DNA of 64,000 nucleotides from Auanema rhodensis (lineage: Eukaryota > Animalia > Nematoda): NCBI GenBank assembly GCA_964057225.1, contig OZ059900.1, positions 9,238,001-9,302,000 on the forward strand, read 5' to 3'. A program made the position numbers and the translations under genes. The number at the start of each line of letters is the position of its first letter. The stretch's first letter is position 1. Positions 26,114 through 40,230 of the stretch are shown piece by piece. A model generated the notes under the pieces. The model was not told where the DNA came from, made no database searches, and worked only from the letters and a program-made list of their open reading frames with translations.

Positions 26114-29100
26114 GGATAGATTGCTCATTGTTATTTATCACATTATCTTGATTTCTGATATCTTTATGCTTCAAGGCATTATTTCTTCATAACATTATTG
26201 TTTATGAATCTGAGATTATGCTATATGAGCTGTATAAATATAACAGCATGTTAATCTGTATTGTTTCTCTCTGTCATGCAGAACGATGCTGCTCCGTGGC
26301 TAATAATCTCATTTTTCTCGGCTTCATATATTGCAAAAAATAACAACTTTTCATAAATTTCTTCTCTCATCTTCTTATTTTTATTTCTCAATCACAACAA
26401 GAAATTTAATTGTTCTGATATCACAAAATATTGAGATAACATTGGCAATATTAAGCAATCTCTTGTGTATATTGAGCAAAATAGAGATCACTTTCCTTTT
26501 CTTTCGATTATTATTTGCCTCTACACTACGAGTTTGACTGGCTAGTTCAAAAACATATATAACTATTTTCTCGTATCATAATCAATTTTTTCTATTCATT
26601 TCTGTATGGCCACTGACTGAAGTTAGCATGCAATGGCAAAGTAATCAACTTTCAATTTTAGCCAATTATACCGACGTTGCTTTTCATGAAAACATTCGTT
26701 CACATGCCTTCACTATATATTGCGGTTTAATATTTATATATTATATATACATATTATTTCAAAAAATTGACTTAAACTATATTTTTTCTTTTTCAGTATC
26801 TTTTAATATTTTGTATCTTTTGTTCTATTATGCCCTTTTATTTTATTCGTTATTTTTATATTGTTTTTCAGCAATTATCAGTTTTATATATATATTTTTG
26901 AAAAAAAAAACAAAAATTGACCGCCAAAACTGATATTTGTGTTTATTTTGAAATTCAATTTAGCTGATGTTTGTGGTTCTGATGTAAAAGATGTCTTTTT
27001 TTCATAACTGTAACTTTTACTGAAAGTTTCACCTGGCTGTCTCTTTTTAGTTTTATTTTTTCATAATCTTCTGCATCTTACATCAAGTTTTTGAATAAGC
27101 AAGTAAATCGCAAAAGACCTCACGAAATTCCCCTTTAAGCGTTTTTTTCTTCAAATTTTTTTTTCAATGGCTAATCTACTCCATAGCATATAATATATAT
27201 ATGCTTTGCAATAGAATTTTACTTCCATTAAACAAAGACAAACTCTTCAATAATAAATATGAAGTATGAAGTATGCTCTGAGTACATTAGTGTATGCAGT
27301 AGCTGAGGAAACGAAGAAGCAGTCAAAAAAAAATTTTGCCCTCCTCCTCTTCCGTATCTCACTTTTACTGAATATGTTGATGAAGCCAAACCGGAAAAGA
27401 TTAACGAAAATCTGCACACAATGGTAGGGTTAATCAAAGAAGTCAAACCAAATTGTCTAAGTGGGAATGAGGACCTAGCATGCAAGGAGAAAAACGAAGA
27501 GCAGCAAAAAAGATATTCAATGAATGACAGAGAAAAAAAACTAGATTAGTTGTTCGTTGCTTAACATTCCGATATATGTATATTTACATAATGATGTATG
27601 AATTTTCTTCCTATCTTGTAATTATGCGCTTACTGAGAGGTTATGAGCCATTAAGTTGAAATTATGTTTTTTGAACTGTTGAAATTATTCTTATGTGCAA
27701 TATTGCTTTATTATTTTATTCTTTAAACGATTTTTCATCGCTCTATCCCGTTTCAATAGTGTGAGAGTCGTCTACGTATAGTGTGTAGTATACATGTATA
27801 GATGTATATGCATGTGTCTATCACATACAAACATACATGCTTCTGATATAGCTAAATTATTTGTTTTCTTTTTTTTTTTGAAAAGAATGAATAAAAATGT
27901 TTATATGGAAACTGCATACCGGACGAATTGGGACATACTAGGGACAAAAGCCTGTTCACTAAATTATTTTGTTCAAACCAAAAAGCTGCCACAAAATAAT
28001 ATACGTAGATTTTTCTATATATTCGTGTATGCATATGTATAGATATTTATGTTATTCTTTCTTATTTGTAAAGGTAGCTTACAGACAATAGCTAAGCGAA
28101 ATTATTCCACATTTTAACCAAAAAAAAGCTATTTTCGCCCAATTTGTACTGATTATTGAAGAACCTCATAAACGACACTGTAAAACAAAAAGTTAAGACA
28201 TGTTCTCCATTAATTCATATAAGTTTTTTTAGGAAATTCTTTTTTTCTGCTTGTTGTTCAACATTTTTTTATTTAATTTTCAAACAAAAGGGAGAGATGA
28301 GAAGTTCAATTTGAACTTAATAATTTCTATTTCGTAAAATGTTCTTTCGAGCAAAATATTGGAAGTTTGTATATCGCATCGCGTAGACAACGAATGAATC
28401 ATTTGGTTACACTATCGCAGTTACGCTAATTTCAAATGTTGTAGTGACGTGTTCTATTTCCTATCAATCCCTCCTGTATATAGACATATCCAATAACAGC
28501 TTAAACATTCTGACGAATGTGTCTCAAGATAGAACTTTGATCCGAATCATTATTCAAAAAATAAGATTTTTTTATTTAATTCTTTGTAATTTGTTTTTTT
28601 TTCAAAATTAATTTTTCTAGACACCTTCTTTCATAAACATTTCTCAAACTCCATCAATTTTATACTTGTAATGCAATAGTTATGTCAGAAACTTTCCAAA
28701 TATCCTTTCCAGGAAGAAAAAAAAACGCTTAAACATAGACAAGGGAGTAAGCAAGATCTGCTCAAGAATTGTGATGTGTGACTATGTGTGTGTGTGTCTG
28801 TGTCTGTGTATATGCGTATGTGTGTATGTGTGGTGTGTTAATTTGAAATGAGTGTATTGGATCTTATGTGGACGGAAACCTAATACGGCCAAGCTAAACT
28901 GCAACCTGATGGGTTTGGTGCTCTTTTATTATTTTTTTCTTACTCTCCATCTAACTCACTCATCGAAAAATGTTTGTATATCGTGCGCTATCTGACATCT
29001 TTTTTAAAACTTTTTATTCTTACAATAGTTACCTACTCAAAAATGCATATTATACATTCAACCTGCCATATTTACTACTTGTGTTCATTTTTTGATGTGA

Positions 29101-29735
29101 ATACTATATTAGAAGTTATATCAATTTTCTAAATATTAACATATTGTTTAGTATACACTCCAAGGGTTTGGTGCTTTCTTCTAATATCTTATAGCTTCAA
29201 GACAATTTTCTCGAAAGCAATCTTTTTAAGAAAACATAAAACATTCATTATAAATGGCTGTGGTCTAATTGACCTACTCATGCTAATTAAACAAGTACTT
29301 TAAGTGGAAACTGAAAGACCAGACACAAAGTACATAGTTATGAAAAGCACGTGCAGATGGTACTCATCTCTCACTACCATTCTCATTCACTTTTTAGTTA
29401 TAATCATTTTTATTAATTTTTTTAGGCTTTAAGCCCTATCTTCATGTACATCATTCATTTTCGTTTCCTTTATTTTAAAAACGGAAAAAGACATTTGGTT
29501 CTAAAAAGTTATTATATTATTTCTTCAAATTCACGTCTTATACTATATGAATATGAACATTTATTTTTATGTTTATTATTGATTTTCTTTCAAAAACACA
29601 AGACATATGCAACTCTTTGTCATTTTTTAAAATCAATAACATTATTGTGTCAGTGGAAAAAGTTAACTTTTGATTCCATATTTTTCATTTTTGTTCTATA
29701 TTTTATAAATATTTCTATATCCAAAACGGATATAG

Positions 29736-29764
<29 letters not shown>
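29736..29764. repeat. (TA)n microsatellite
   Basis: TA run; it creates the YIYIYI stretch in the spurious ORF 29444..29800. Confidence 0.9.
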
Positions 29765-29768
<4 letters not shown>

Positions 29769-31249
29769 ATTTATATATATATGTGTGCATGAATGCATAA
29801 GGATTGTGAACATTCAATACTTAAAAGTCACACCTTAAGTTTTGCAGATAAGTATTCGACAGCATTTGACATACATGTAGCATTGTCTGCCGTATTGTTT
29901 TGAAATTCTCTTTTTACTTTTTTTTTTGTTTCTCCAGCTCACTATTTCTACATATTTTTCAATTGTGTTCTACTTTTTGCGAACATCTTTTTTTTTATTT
30001 ATTTTAATACTATTTCGATCAAAATTTAGCTATTATTTTATTTCTTAAAGGCATTTTTGTTTAAAAAATGATAGAAAATATTAATTATCGTCATAGCTTC
30101 TTTTATATTTTTTTTCTTCAGTGTTTTTAGGATTTTCTTTCAATATAATAAGTTATTATATGATGCATGTAAGAAATTGATAATATTTTGTTGATTTCCA
30201 TAAGATTATCAATGTTGATTAAAGAGAAGCCGTAAAAAAGCAAAAAAGATACAAACGTTTTTGGAAGCCAACGTTTCACAAAGATTACTATTTCCCATAA
30301 ACTTGGATGCAATTTTGTTATTTTTTATCTGTTATATTGAAGATAAATCTAAATAACGAATGAACAACAAAAATTGGCATAAAATCGTATTGCATCTCTA
30401 CATTATCTCAAACTTTTAATTTCCTACGAGCATTTATTAAATAAAGAAGCCACATCATCAGGCAGCTGGGTAACCTTGCTTCTTTGTATATCATGAAGAC
30501 TTCAGCATTTTTTGTGAATGACATTCTAAATTTGACTATTTTTGGCTGTTTTCTTTATTTCTTATTGTTCAAACAATTGCTGTCCCCGAACATTCAACTG
30601 CCTTAGTTGCTGTCATGAATTCGAGCAACATCCGCTTCGTTTTCGGATGTTCACACAGGCATATCCACAAAAAAAGAAAGACTAACTAAAATGAAAATGG
30701 ATATTGCAATAATTTGTGGTGAAAGTTGCAAGTTTTGTGGAGCAATGCGAACTTTTTGACCGATTTCCTGATTATAACTTTTTTGAATGTTTTGCCAAAG
30801 TTACAGCAAGTATCATTTGTGGTTGTTGAAAAGACACCTTTTGCATGAATTGTTTTATTTTTTAAATTATGGAACAGGCGAAAGCAGTTCTATAAGCCAG
30901 TTTTAATTACATTTCTTCTTACAAACTTTGTTTTTTCTTGACCTTTTACCAATATTTCTTTCAAACGAATGTTGTTTTATTTGCAATTTCCTTTTATGAT
31001 TATTATTTCTTCTTATGATCATATGCGGCAGAATATCTTTACATACCGGAAGTATTCAAGTTCAATCAGGGATCATCTTCCTCTTTGCTCTTTTGCCGGC
31101 TGTGCTATGAGTCGTTTCTGAATTTCATGAATTTCTTATACTTTTACCTCGTAATCTGTTCAGACCTTATACTCTCTCATTTTGCTTTCACTTTTCTTCT
31201 TTTCTTCTCTATTTTACCCTCATAACATACGGCCGTCAAATGCATCTTA

Positions 31250-31560
31250 TTCACATGCTTTCAATTGGCCACAGTCGTCCGTTAGCATATTAGGATATCT
31301 ATAGCGGTATATGGAAGAGTAGTCAGATATGACGTGTGTAAATATGAAAATACGACAATTGCTTCTCAAATTTCAATTTCATTTCCAACAATTTATTCTC
31401 TATATCGTGCTCACGTGTTTAGCTCTGCATTTCATTACTGCCTATCTCATATCCGTCATGTATTTTGGTATATTCCGTTCGGCTTTCAATTTGCTTCCGC
31501 TGCTCGTTGGTTTATTTTATATTTTGGCCTCAACAGGTACACCACACCATATACTTCCAC
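31250..31560 (-). mobile_element. Decayed RTE-like non-LTR retrotransposon 3' relic
   Basis: The minus-strand translation KLKAERNIPKYMTDMR... with stops and frameshifts resembles the RTE C-terminal region (ERxMxRxMxG...). GC content is higher than the flanks. Confidence 0.3.
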
Positions 31561-32154
31561 AAGTTAACTGAAAGCCGTTATCGTGTTTCTTTGAACCTTA
31601 AACGCCAAATTTCGAAGTGTGTCTACTAGAATATATTTACTTCCTTGGGCCACCCAGCATTCTGAATATTCTTATAGCTCCAGGTACTTTATGCGTCTGC
31701 ATTAGCTTCGACCTTTCGCATATAAAATAACCTGGGCTAACTTTGATAAATGCTGTATTGGCTAATAAATCTTTCAGCAATGAGTAGAACGTGCATCAAG
31801 ATTATAGAGTACTTATCCATAATTTATTTCCCAGTTTAAAAGCTTTCTGTCTTTATTTCCTCACTAAAGCACATGCAATACTCAGTTTTTTCGAAAATTA
31901 ATTTATTCTTGAACTTGGCGAAAGAGCTTTGGGGGGTATCACTTAAATTTGAAAGTATTAATTTTGTCTACCTATAGGCCTAAGTATATAATATATTAAT
32001 TCAAATATATATATATGAGAGTCAACGATCACGTTCTCGTCCGACCAACAGCTTTTTGTTTTCTTTTTTCATTCGGCCATTTTTCGCACAATAGGTTCAA
32101 AATTTAAAGTTGCGAGTGGTCTGATTCTAGCTGCAACTCTTTCTTTAGCTTCTT

Positions 32155-32158
<4 letters not shown>

Positions 32159-32216
<58 letters not shown>
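32159..32216. repeat. (CT)n microsatellite, about 29 units
   Basis: Uninterrupted TC run. Confidence 0.95.
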
Positions 32217-32225
<9 letters not shown>

Positions 32226-34145
32226 TGCTCTCTCTCTATGTACCTCAATTCTTTACTCTATATTGAGCGTTTTCAGTATGTTTCGTTTTTACTAAGAAAA
32301 ATCAAAGTTTAAGAATGAAAAAGATAATCAGAACTGCAATCGTCTTTTCAAATTTTTTTTCATTTTTTCTAAATAAATGACCCATTTCTTAAGAATCTTT
32401 CACTTATTTCTTGACGTCATCTTGTTTGAAGCATTGTCTTCACACTTGTTATAAGTTAGTTCTATGAGATTTCTTCCTTCACTAGGAAAACTGACTTTTT
32501 TCTTCTGAGAAGAATAAAAAGTAATGCAGCAATTGCAGCGTATTCTGAATTACAGATCTTAGTTTTTTCAATTCTCCAACGTGTATTATTCGTATATTGC
32601 ATCACTCTATTTGAGATTCATTTCCGGTTCAGTTTAGTTAGTGAACTTCCTTTTTGCCTGACTCAGTTATCTACATCATTTCTTGGCTTAAACAGCTGGA
32701 GCACAGAAGGCTTAATCTTCTACCGCAGTTTCTTCCGTTGTCAGCTTTCTAATATTAAACTATTATTAATAGTTTAATATGAACAGATATGCATGTAACC
32801 TTTCAATTTGCACGTTTTCACAAACTGAATGTCGAATCTATTTTTGTCGAATATTTAACATTTTCTATATTAAATTTGTGAAAAAGATTAAATATTTCAA
32901 AGAATTCATATCGTCATTTAGTTTCAAACACCATATGACGTGTGATTGAATACCAGTTCTCTATTACCTCTTCCTCCCTGATTAGCCAAATCTTTACACC
33001 CAATACTATGCATTATATATATTATTAACTAATAATATATAGTTTAAATGTTATGATTGCATCTAGAAAGAGCTACATTTGTTCTATTTATTGAATTATA
33101 TATCATATAATTTATGAAAACTCTTTATATATATATATACATATACATGTATATACATGTTTATATCATTTTTTACAATATATTTATACAAATATACATA
33201 CAGATGTATTTAACATGAACCTGAAATATGATTGAAAGAGTAAGAGAAATAGAGATTCGGCGAATGAATGTGACAAAGAGAGAGATGAATAGATGTTCAA
33301 AGAAATAGAAGAAAAGGAAACATGCTGTCGTCGTCATTATGCTTCCTACGTCTGATGAAATTTCCTCTGGCCTGAAAATAATGGCCAACCGACCTCTCGC
33401 TCACAAAAGTTGAATTTGTCCCATTCAGCAGCTCCTTCTTGCTTTTGAATGTTCCGCATGTTGCCAAGTCTTTGAGAAGATGTCGTTTCTCGCCGTTGAT
33501 GATGCTGTTCAAGTCTCTTCGGTCGCTTCCTTTTTTTTTCGTCATTTCGTTTTCTTGTCCCTCCGTTGACAAGGGGCGATTTTCGACAACTGGATTGCCA
33601 CCTCAAGCAGCATAATCCGCATATTTGGTGTACAATTCAATATTGCACCCTTGCAACTTTAATTAAGCAAACATCTGTCAATTAGAATATTTGATTGTTG
33701 AAATCTATACGTTCATAGAGGTGTGCACTATCTCGTGTTCTCTCTTGTCTGAAAACCGAACTATATTAACTTTAAATGATAAATGTTTTTAAAAAAACAC
33801 TCTGAATATAGCTCATTCATCTTGTTTTAATGCTCTTCCTTATTTATTTGTTCTTATGTTTTGCTTTCAAAGGTCATCTCATGAGCAGATATCTGGCTAA
33901 TGATGACCAGTTCCTCTTATTCCCCTTAAAGTCCAACCTCATACGTCGCACTTTTCCTTCTTCCTGTTTCTCAATATGATGTCTATTGTTTCTTTTTTAT
34001 ATCCATCTTCAAGCGCACTTCATGTGCTGCTAACGTGTTCGTCCATAATATTTTACTCGTATTCTCTTTTTTTAGAATTCTGTTAGAACAGTGTCGTTAC
34101 ATGCTTGAATGCTCATATTGCTAAGTCACTCTGTCACAGCATTAG

Positions 34146-36191
34146 ATGTGTTGCTGTTGCTCCGTTCTTCATAGACATCAAATACATCTCATTAGGTATG
34201 TTTCTCACGTTTTTCTATTTTTTTCAATTAATTACTCTTTTTCTTTTTTTGGAAACCGTTATGTTTGCTGTTTTTGTTGTTTTGAGATTCAAGCCCCATA
34301 ATTGTTTATTAGTTGTACTTTACACGATTTTGCCGCCTTGAGAGTTTACGTTAAAGCCACAACAATCGAATATGACGTGGCTGAAATGTTTTCTGATGCA
34401 ATTGCCGATGTGTGGTGCTCAGTTATGTAGATTGTTGCCGGTTTAGCTCTTCAATTTATTGAATCTACTTTTCTGATCAGGTCACCAGATGTTAATACTG
34501 AACGATTCTAGTTGATGTTTGAAGATTTAGTACAGAATGCTAAGTGAATCCTGCATACTTTGCATTATCTTCATTTTTTTGTTAAAACAGCAACTTTTCC
34601 TTTGAAACGAAAGTTATTGAGTTGTTTTGAGCAACGAAGAAAGTGGAGAGGCGAGTAAATTCCAGTAAGGAAACTGATTTTTCAAAAAGCACATACAAAA
34701 AATATTTTGAATAGTTTGACAGAAAATCAAATATACTTGATTTCAAAGTAGTAGCACTTTCTGAATTCTAACAATATTTAAAGGAAATTCTTAATACAAA
34801 ACTTTTTCAAAGGAAATGCTCAACGCACGCTTTTCTCTGCTTCATATTGGAAATATTTTATTCGTACCTTTCAATATTTTCAAATTAACTATGCAAACCT
34901 TTAATATATCATTTTTCATTTTAACATAACAGCAAAGATAAACATTTCTCTAAAGTACATACTCAAATGCACATATTTCTTGTTACCAAGAAGAAAATAG
35001 TTTATCTCATAGCATGGCAAATCCATCTAAGTTGACAATGAATACTTCCTTTTCTTCTTCTATTACAAATAAATAAATAGAGAATTTCAGCTACGGATGT
35101 GTTTCATTGGGGCTAATTACCACGGGTCTTGTATTCACAATCTTTGCTATTTTTCAAAAAGAATCACAGATAGGGAAGGCAAGTTATATTTCTGAACAAC
35201 AAATCTTAATACGAATCGAAGTTTCTAGGTATGGCTGGCTGGGCCAACTACTATGGTTGTCGGTTTAGTTCTTTGTGGGAAAGTAAGCACACTAGATTTT
35301 TTTGTTTTTTTACAAGTTATGCTTTTTCAGGTTATCATAGATTGGGGTCCAGCAATGATGCACGCTAGGGAAGGCTCTATAGATTCTGGTCAGATGTATT
35401 CAGTGCGTAGATTTTTTCTTAAACTACATTCTTTCATGTTAAAGTATAATTTCTATTTATTTTTAATTATTTTTAGAACCATCCATTCGGTCCAATGACT
35501 GACACATTGCCATCATCCAGTGTACAGATTGAGCCAGATGCAATTGGCAATGGATCTGACGGGAAAAGTACTGGCTCATTTTCAATACCACCCGATTTCT
35601 GTCAGCCGAATACACACAGATATCCTCCTAGTCATATGATGCAAAATTCAGCGCCGACAATGGCACAGCCATTGCTACGGCAATACAATCCAATGAAATA
35701 TCCGGATATTCAATCATCATCATCATCTCGATATGGAAGTAGTAGCATGAAACCGCATCGCTCTGATTCTGAAACATATAAAACAAATAGCAGTGAAGAA
35801 GATTTAGCAAGGCCAATTCGTGCAGTTACTCGACCACCCCTCATTTATTCAAATCATAGTATAATGAATTCAAATGTAAGTGCTCTACGTGAATACGTAT
35901 TCAGTAGTGATGCATTGTATATGTTTTACACGTAGTTTACATCTAATTTACAGGGAGATGTTGGAAGACGTATATCGTCAGCTGTTTATAATCATTCATC
36001 ACCTCGTCAATCACATTCTAACAATATCAGTTTTCAAAATAATAAAGTAAACTCAGTTACCATTCCGTTTTGAAACATATGATTCACTTTTTCAGACATG
36101 CGATTGTGCACATTATGGCAGTATGTGGAGAAATCAACCAACATTTCAAGGCGAATCATTTGTTCTCAATGAGAGAAACTACTTAATATAA
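34146..36191 (+). CDS. Uncharacterised two-transmembrane protein with N-terminal MCCCC and Ser/Pro-rich tail, 7 exons
   Basis: Exons 34146-34195 (MCCCCSVLHRHQIHLI), 35091-35178 (YGCVSLGLITTGLVFTIFAIFQKESQIGK), 35229-35282 (VWLAGPTTMVVGLVLCGK), 35331-35402 (VIIDWGPAMMHAREGSIDS...), 35477-35875, 35955-36047 and 36096-36191 (...GESFVLNERNYLI*). All phases are compatible. Confidence 0.8.
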
Positions 36192-36840
36192 CTCAATTGA
36201 TTATCTTTTATATAAATATAGACAATTTTTAACAAATTTGCCATTGAAAAATGAGATATTTTTATTATTTTCAAATTAAAAAAAAGATCATCATGTTCAA
36301 AAAAAATTAAAACTTTGAATTAAAACTGAATTCTTTCAATTGTTTCATAACTGGAAAAATTAAATGTACATAAATAAATCTTTTTTTCTTACTTATTGTT
36401 TTAATTTCTTTGTTATTGATTTTTAATCAAAATTAAAATAGGTGATATTACGAAATATTTATAAATACTTGAATATGGCTTATAATGAATGATTTTTTAA
36501 GATTATAAATCAATTTATCAACTTTTTTTATTTTTAGTTTTCGTTCTGAAAAAAAAAGATAACAAAAAGAATGAAAAGATAAGAGTTATGCGAGCTTTCA
36601 ATTACTTACTCTTCACTTTATATGTTCGCTCAACTAAAAATACTTGAACTCGATAGATGACGGGATTATAATAGAAATTCTCTTAAAAGCATGCTTGAAA
36701 TAACTTAAATATATCAAAATGGAAAAGGAAATATCCAGCATGGTCGAAACGCTAGCTTTCAATTATTGTTATCACTAGTTTGAAGCAAGGTTTAGTTTCT
36801 GTGGATTATAGCGATAAGGGAGACCATTTCACTTGACACG

Positions 36841-38846
36841 ATGAAGTCTTTTCTGGTTGTCGCGAGTGCTTTTCTTCTCGTAAGTTACAAGCTTGTCTCA
36901 CACAGCATGTTAACCATCTTGTTTTAGGTTTCATTTGCATGTGCTAAGCGTGTTGATCCACCCGGAGGTGAATATGCTCCAAAATGCTTGATTGGTGATC
37001 CTGCAGGAGAAAACATTTACCATGAATCTGATGCTAATGAAGTAGGACTACATTTTTATCGCGAAACTATTTTCCTCTTTTTATTTTCACTATATATTAT
37101 TACTGTATATTGACATAATATTCAGGTACCTTGGTTTGATGTTGATCTTGATGCTCCCGCTAAGGAACGCTTCAAGCATGTTGTTCGCCCTTTGAAAAAT
37201 GAAATTCTTGCGGTCTTTGATGTGCTTGCCGTAGGTTTCAATTCATATTCTCCAATAGTAGCTCGTATCATTAAATTTACCTTTGAAAAATTTTGAAAGT
37301 AATGAAAACGATAAATCATTGAGATAAAAAAAATATAAGCAAGCGATCTCATGAATTCTTCTGCTATCAGCTGAATTAGACACGTTTCAATTGCCTTATC
37401 AACGTGAATAATGTTGATGAATATCAAACTATAGACTTTTGAAGATTTGATTTATTGTACACCTGATTTGGTAAATTATAGCTGTGAAACAAAAACTTTT
37501 CAATTCAATATAATAGAATAATCAATATATTTCAGGATTTTCTTACCATTATTCCCGGTATTCCAGTATGGGAGATGGTTGGAGAATTTATGCAAAAACA
37601 GTTCGATGAAGGTCGCATTATGCAGCCATATCGTGATGAAATTCAAGTAATTTGTAATGAACTATTGAAAACAAATAATAATTGTATATTAGGGTATTGC
37701 TGATGAACTTGAATGTAATTTGGGACAGCTAACCTTCTTAAATATCTTTTACGAACTCTCCCGATTCTGTACATCTATTATTGCCCAAACACCCGGAAAT
37801 CAAGATCTCTATCATGCCAGGTGAATTTTAAAATGCAATTATTATTTCTATAAATAATTTAATTTATAGAAATCTTGATTTTGGACAGCTTTTTGTCTGG
37901 AACATTACGACTCAATCTTGGGCACTTTCTGATGCCTTGAAAAAGGTCACTATCAACATTAACTATATGAAGGGAGGAAAACTTCTGTTCAAGGGAACAA
38001 CTCTTGCTGGCCACGTCGGTATCATTACTGGTTCGATTTTTACGCAGGGTTATGAGCAATTTATAAACATATTTTAAAGGTATGAAGCCAGGACAATTCT
38101 CTTTGTCAATGAATGCTAAAGTTGAACCTGATTATGCTAATGTATTCAAGTGGACACAGGGATTACTTCCTGATATTCGTTATGTCATGTTCTTTGAGCG
38201 TGAACTCTTCGAGGTTTGCGCAGACTTTGAGGTAAATAGCATCTATTTGTTCTCATAATTATGCATTTTCTAATGCTAAGTGTGCTCGCCAAAAAATTTC
38301 CGAAGTTCCATTGCTCTCTGGTGCATACTTTATTCTTGGAGGAAATAAGCCAAGTCAGAGATTTTTGCTAGATTGAATATTTATATTTGTTCTAATTTAA
38401 GAGCAGGGATCCGTAATTGTCCGTAATGTTACTAGCGTCCAATTTGAACGTAAACTCTATGATGGAGCTAACGATTGGTTCCTTCTCCAAACTAACTATG
38501 ATCCAGACAAAGTATGAGCAAATTTACAAAAAAAAAGGCAAAAATTCCACAAAATTTTGTAGGAACCATTATTCATTGATGACAGACGTGATCCAGGTAA
38601 TGCTTGTATGAAAAAAATGGGAATGAATGGAACTTCATCTGAAGGATTATTCAAGGTTAGATTTCTCTCATTTTTTTCATATTTTTAATGAAAATATGAA
38701 AAACAATAATACAATTTCTTGTTCAGGTGTTGAGTTCAAAGCCTACTTTAAATAAGACCACAATTCACACAGTTGTTATGTCTGTTACGAAGAATATCTA
38801 CATGACATTCATCAAGTACTGTCCAAATCCTTGCTGGGCTTTCTAG
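36841..38846 (+). CDS. asah-2: Acid ceramidase (Ntn-hydrolase, ASAH/NAAA family)
   Basis: Signal peptide MKSFLVVASAFLL; VPWFDVDLDAPAKERF; autocleavage site and nucleophile LNIFYELSRF|CTSIIAQ; HARNLDFG; LLQTNYD; DDRRDPG; VLSSKPTLNKTT; C-terminus CPNPCWAF*, matching recalled ASAH-2. Confidence 0.93.
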
Positions 38847-40114
38847 AGTTGAGAATATGCTATGTGATATTTTCATAATGTAAAAGTATATATTTAATAA
38901 AACAATTTAATTCTTTCTTTTTTTCTCATTTTATAGCACAAATATATTTTTCTCTTAATCTTAATATTTTATAAGAAAATGCCATTTTATTCTCAGAAAA
39001 TAAATTCATGTGATTTGGTTAATTTCAGACTACTTTTTTGATTAACGTTTAGATGATAACATTTTTAAAATCCCATGATATATCATACAATTTGTGCAGT
39101 GCTGTGCATGATATGCTGCTTAATCATGATCAGTGAGGTGAATGCACTGAATAACATTGCCTTATTTGAATTGTCAGCTGATAGTTGTCAGAGTTTCAAT
39201 TTTTCTTCGGATGAATACTTTGTTTTTTCTATTAATTTTACTGTTTTTGTTTGTATATAAAAAAAACTTTTCTTATTTATACATGATACAATACTAACAT
39301 TGTAGTTCAATCAGCTGTAGTTATATACCATTGAATTCATGTAATTTTTCGTTTTAATCAATAAAAATTCAAAACATATTGTAATATTATCATTTTATTA
39401 TAAACTATTCCATTGTTTTAATGATGATTTATTTATTATATAAACAATATATTTATATAAATTATTTTCTCAATCAATAATCATATAAATTCTCAGACTA
39501 GGGTATACTTTTTAATTTTTCTATTCATAAATTATACTGTTCATTTTATAAATCATATACTTCAACGAATTTTATTATACTTTACTAATTTTAAATTTTG
39601 AAAAGAAAACTTTGTCTTTTATAAACTTCTTGATTAGTATAATTTTACTTTGTTTCTATAACAACAAGAACTTATTTTAATATCATGTGATTTATTCAAT
39701 TTCTTGTCAAACTCTCAACCTTATTTTTCTGAATTATTTTTATTTTCAAGATGATTTAGTTTTTTATTCCAAAAACTTTCACATACTCTACACTTATGTC
39801 TCCTAACAATATTTATTAACATTCATTTATAGCATATTATATAATTTATTTTCTATTTTTCTATTATCTCAAACATTTTTCTTATTTTTTTACTGATTTT
39901 TAATATTAAAGTTGCAAAACATTTATTTTGATTGCATGAAAAAAAAAATTTCTTTGCCACGTTTATTATTTTGTTACTCATCACGGTTATTCGCATGTAT
40001 TAGAGATCTGTTATCCGCTACGTTCTTCATGAACATTTGATTTCTTTCGTTCTAGATGAATCAATATTCTCGCTCTCTAATGATCCTATTGATGAAAATG
40101 CAGTCGCTAATTGT

Positions 40115-40230
40115 ACTAGAAGGACAATCAACCAATTGATTTTACTCTTGGATCTTTCCTCTTTTTTTTTATTGGAACTCTACCCTCCCATTGTTCTCTC
40201 TTCAAGCGTTGTATCCTTTTCCCTCATTTT
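40115..40230 (-). mobile_element. Decayed RTE-like LINE 3' relic
   Basis: The minus strand encodes KDTTLEERTMEGRVPIKKKRKDPRVKINWL, similar to the RTE terminal motif LEKxxMxGKxxGKRxRGRxxxRWxD. Confidence 0.4.

Noticed and set aside
28913-29175. Repeated 12-mer gggtttggtgct
   Set aside because: Only two copies and no hairpin; cannot be told apart from chance or an ordinary transcription-factor site.
29310-29392. mir-71-like pieces (TGAAAGAC... and tctcactaccattctcattca)
   Set aside because: The two pieces do not pair into a pre-miRNA hairpin, and the 5' piece diverges right after the seed.
25100-33200. Many short F/I/L/Y-rich ORFs in the ORF track
   Set aside because: Expected by chance in AT-rich and microsatellite DNA; no splice-consistent gene model was found.
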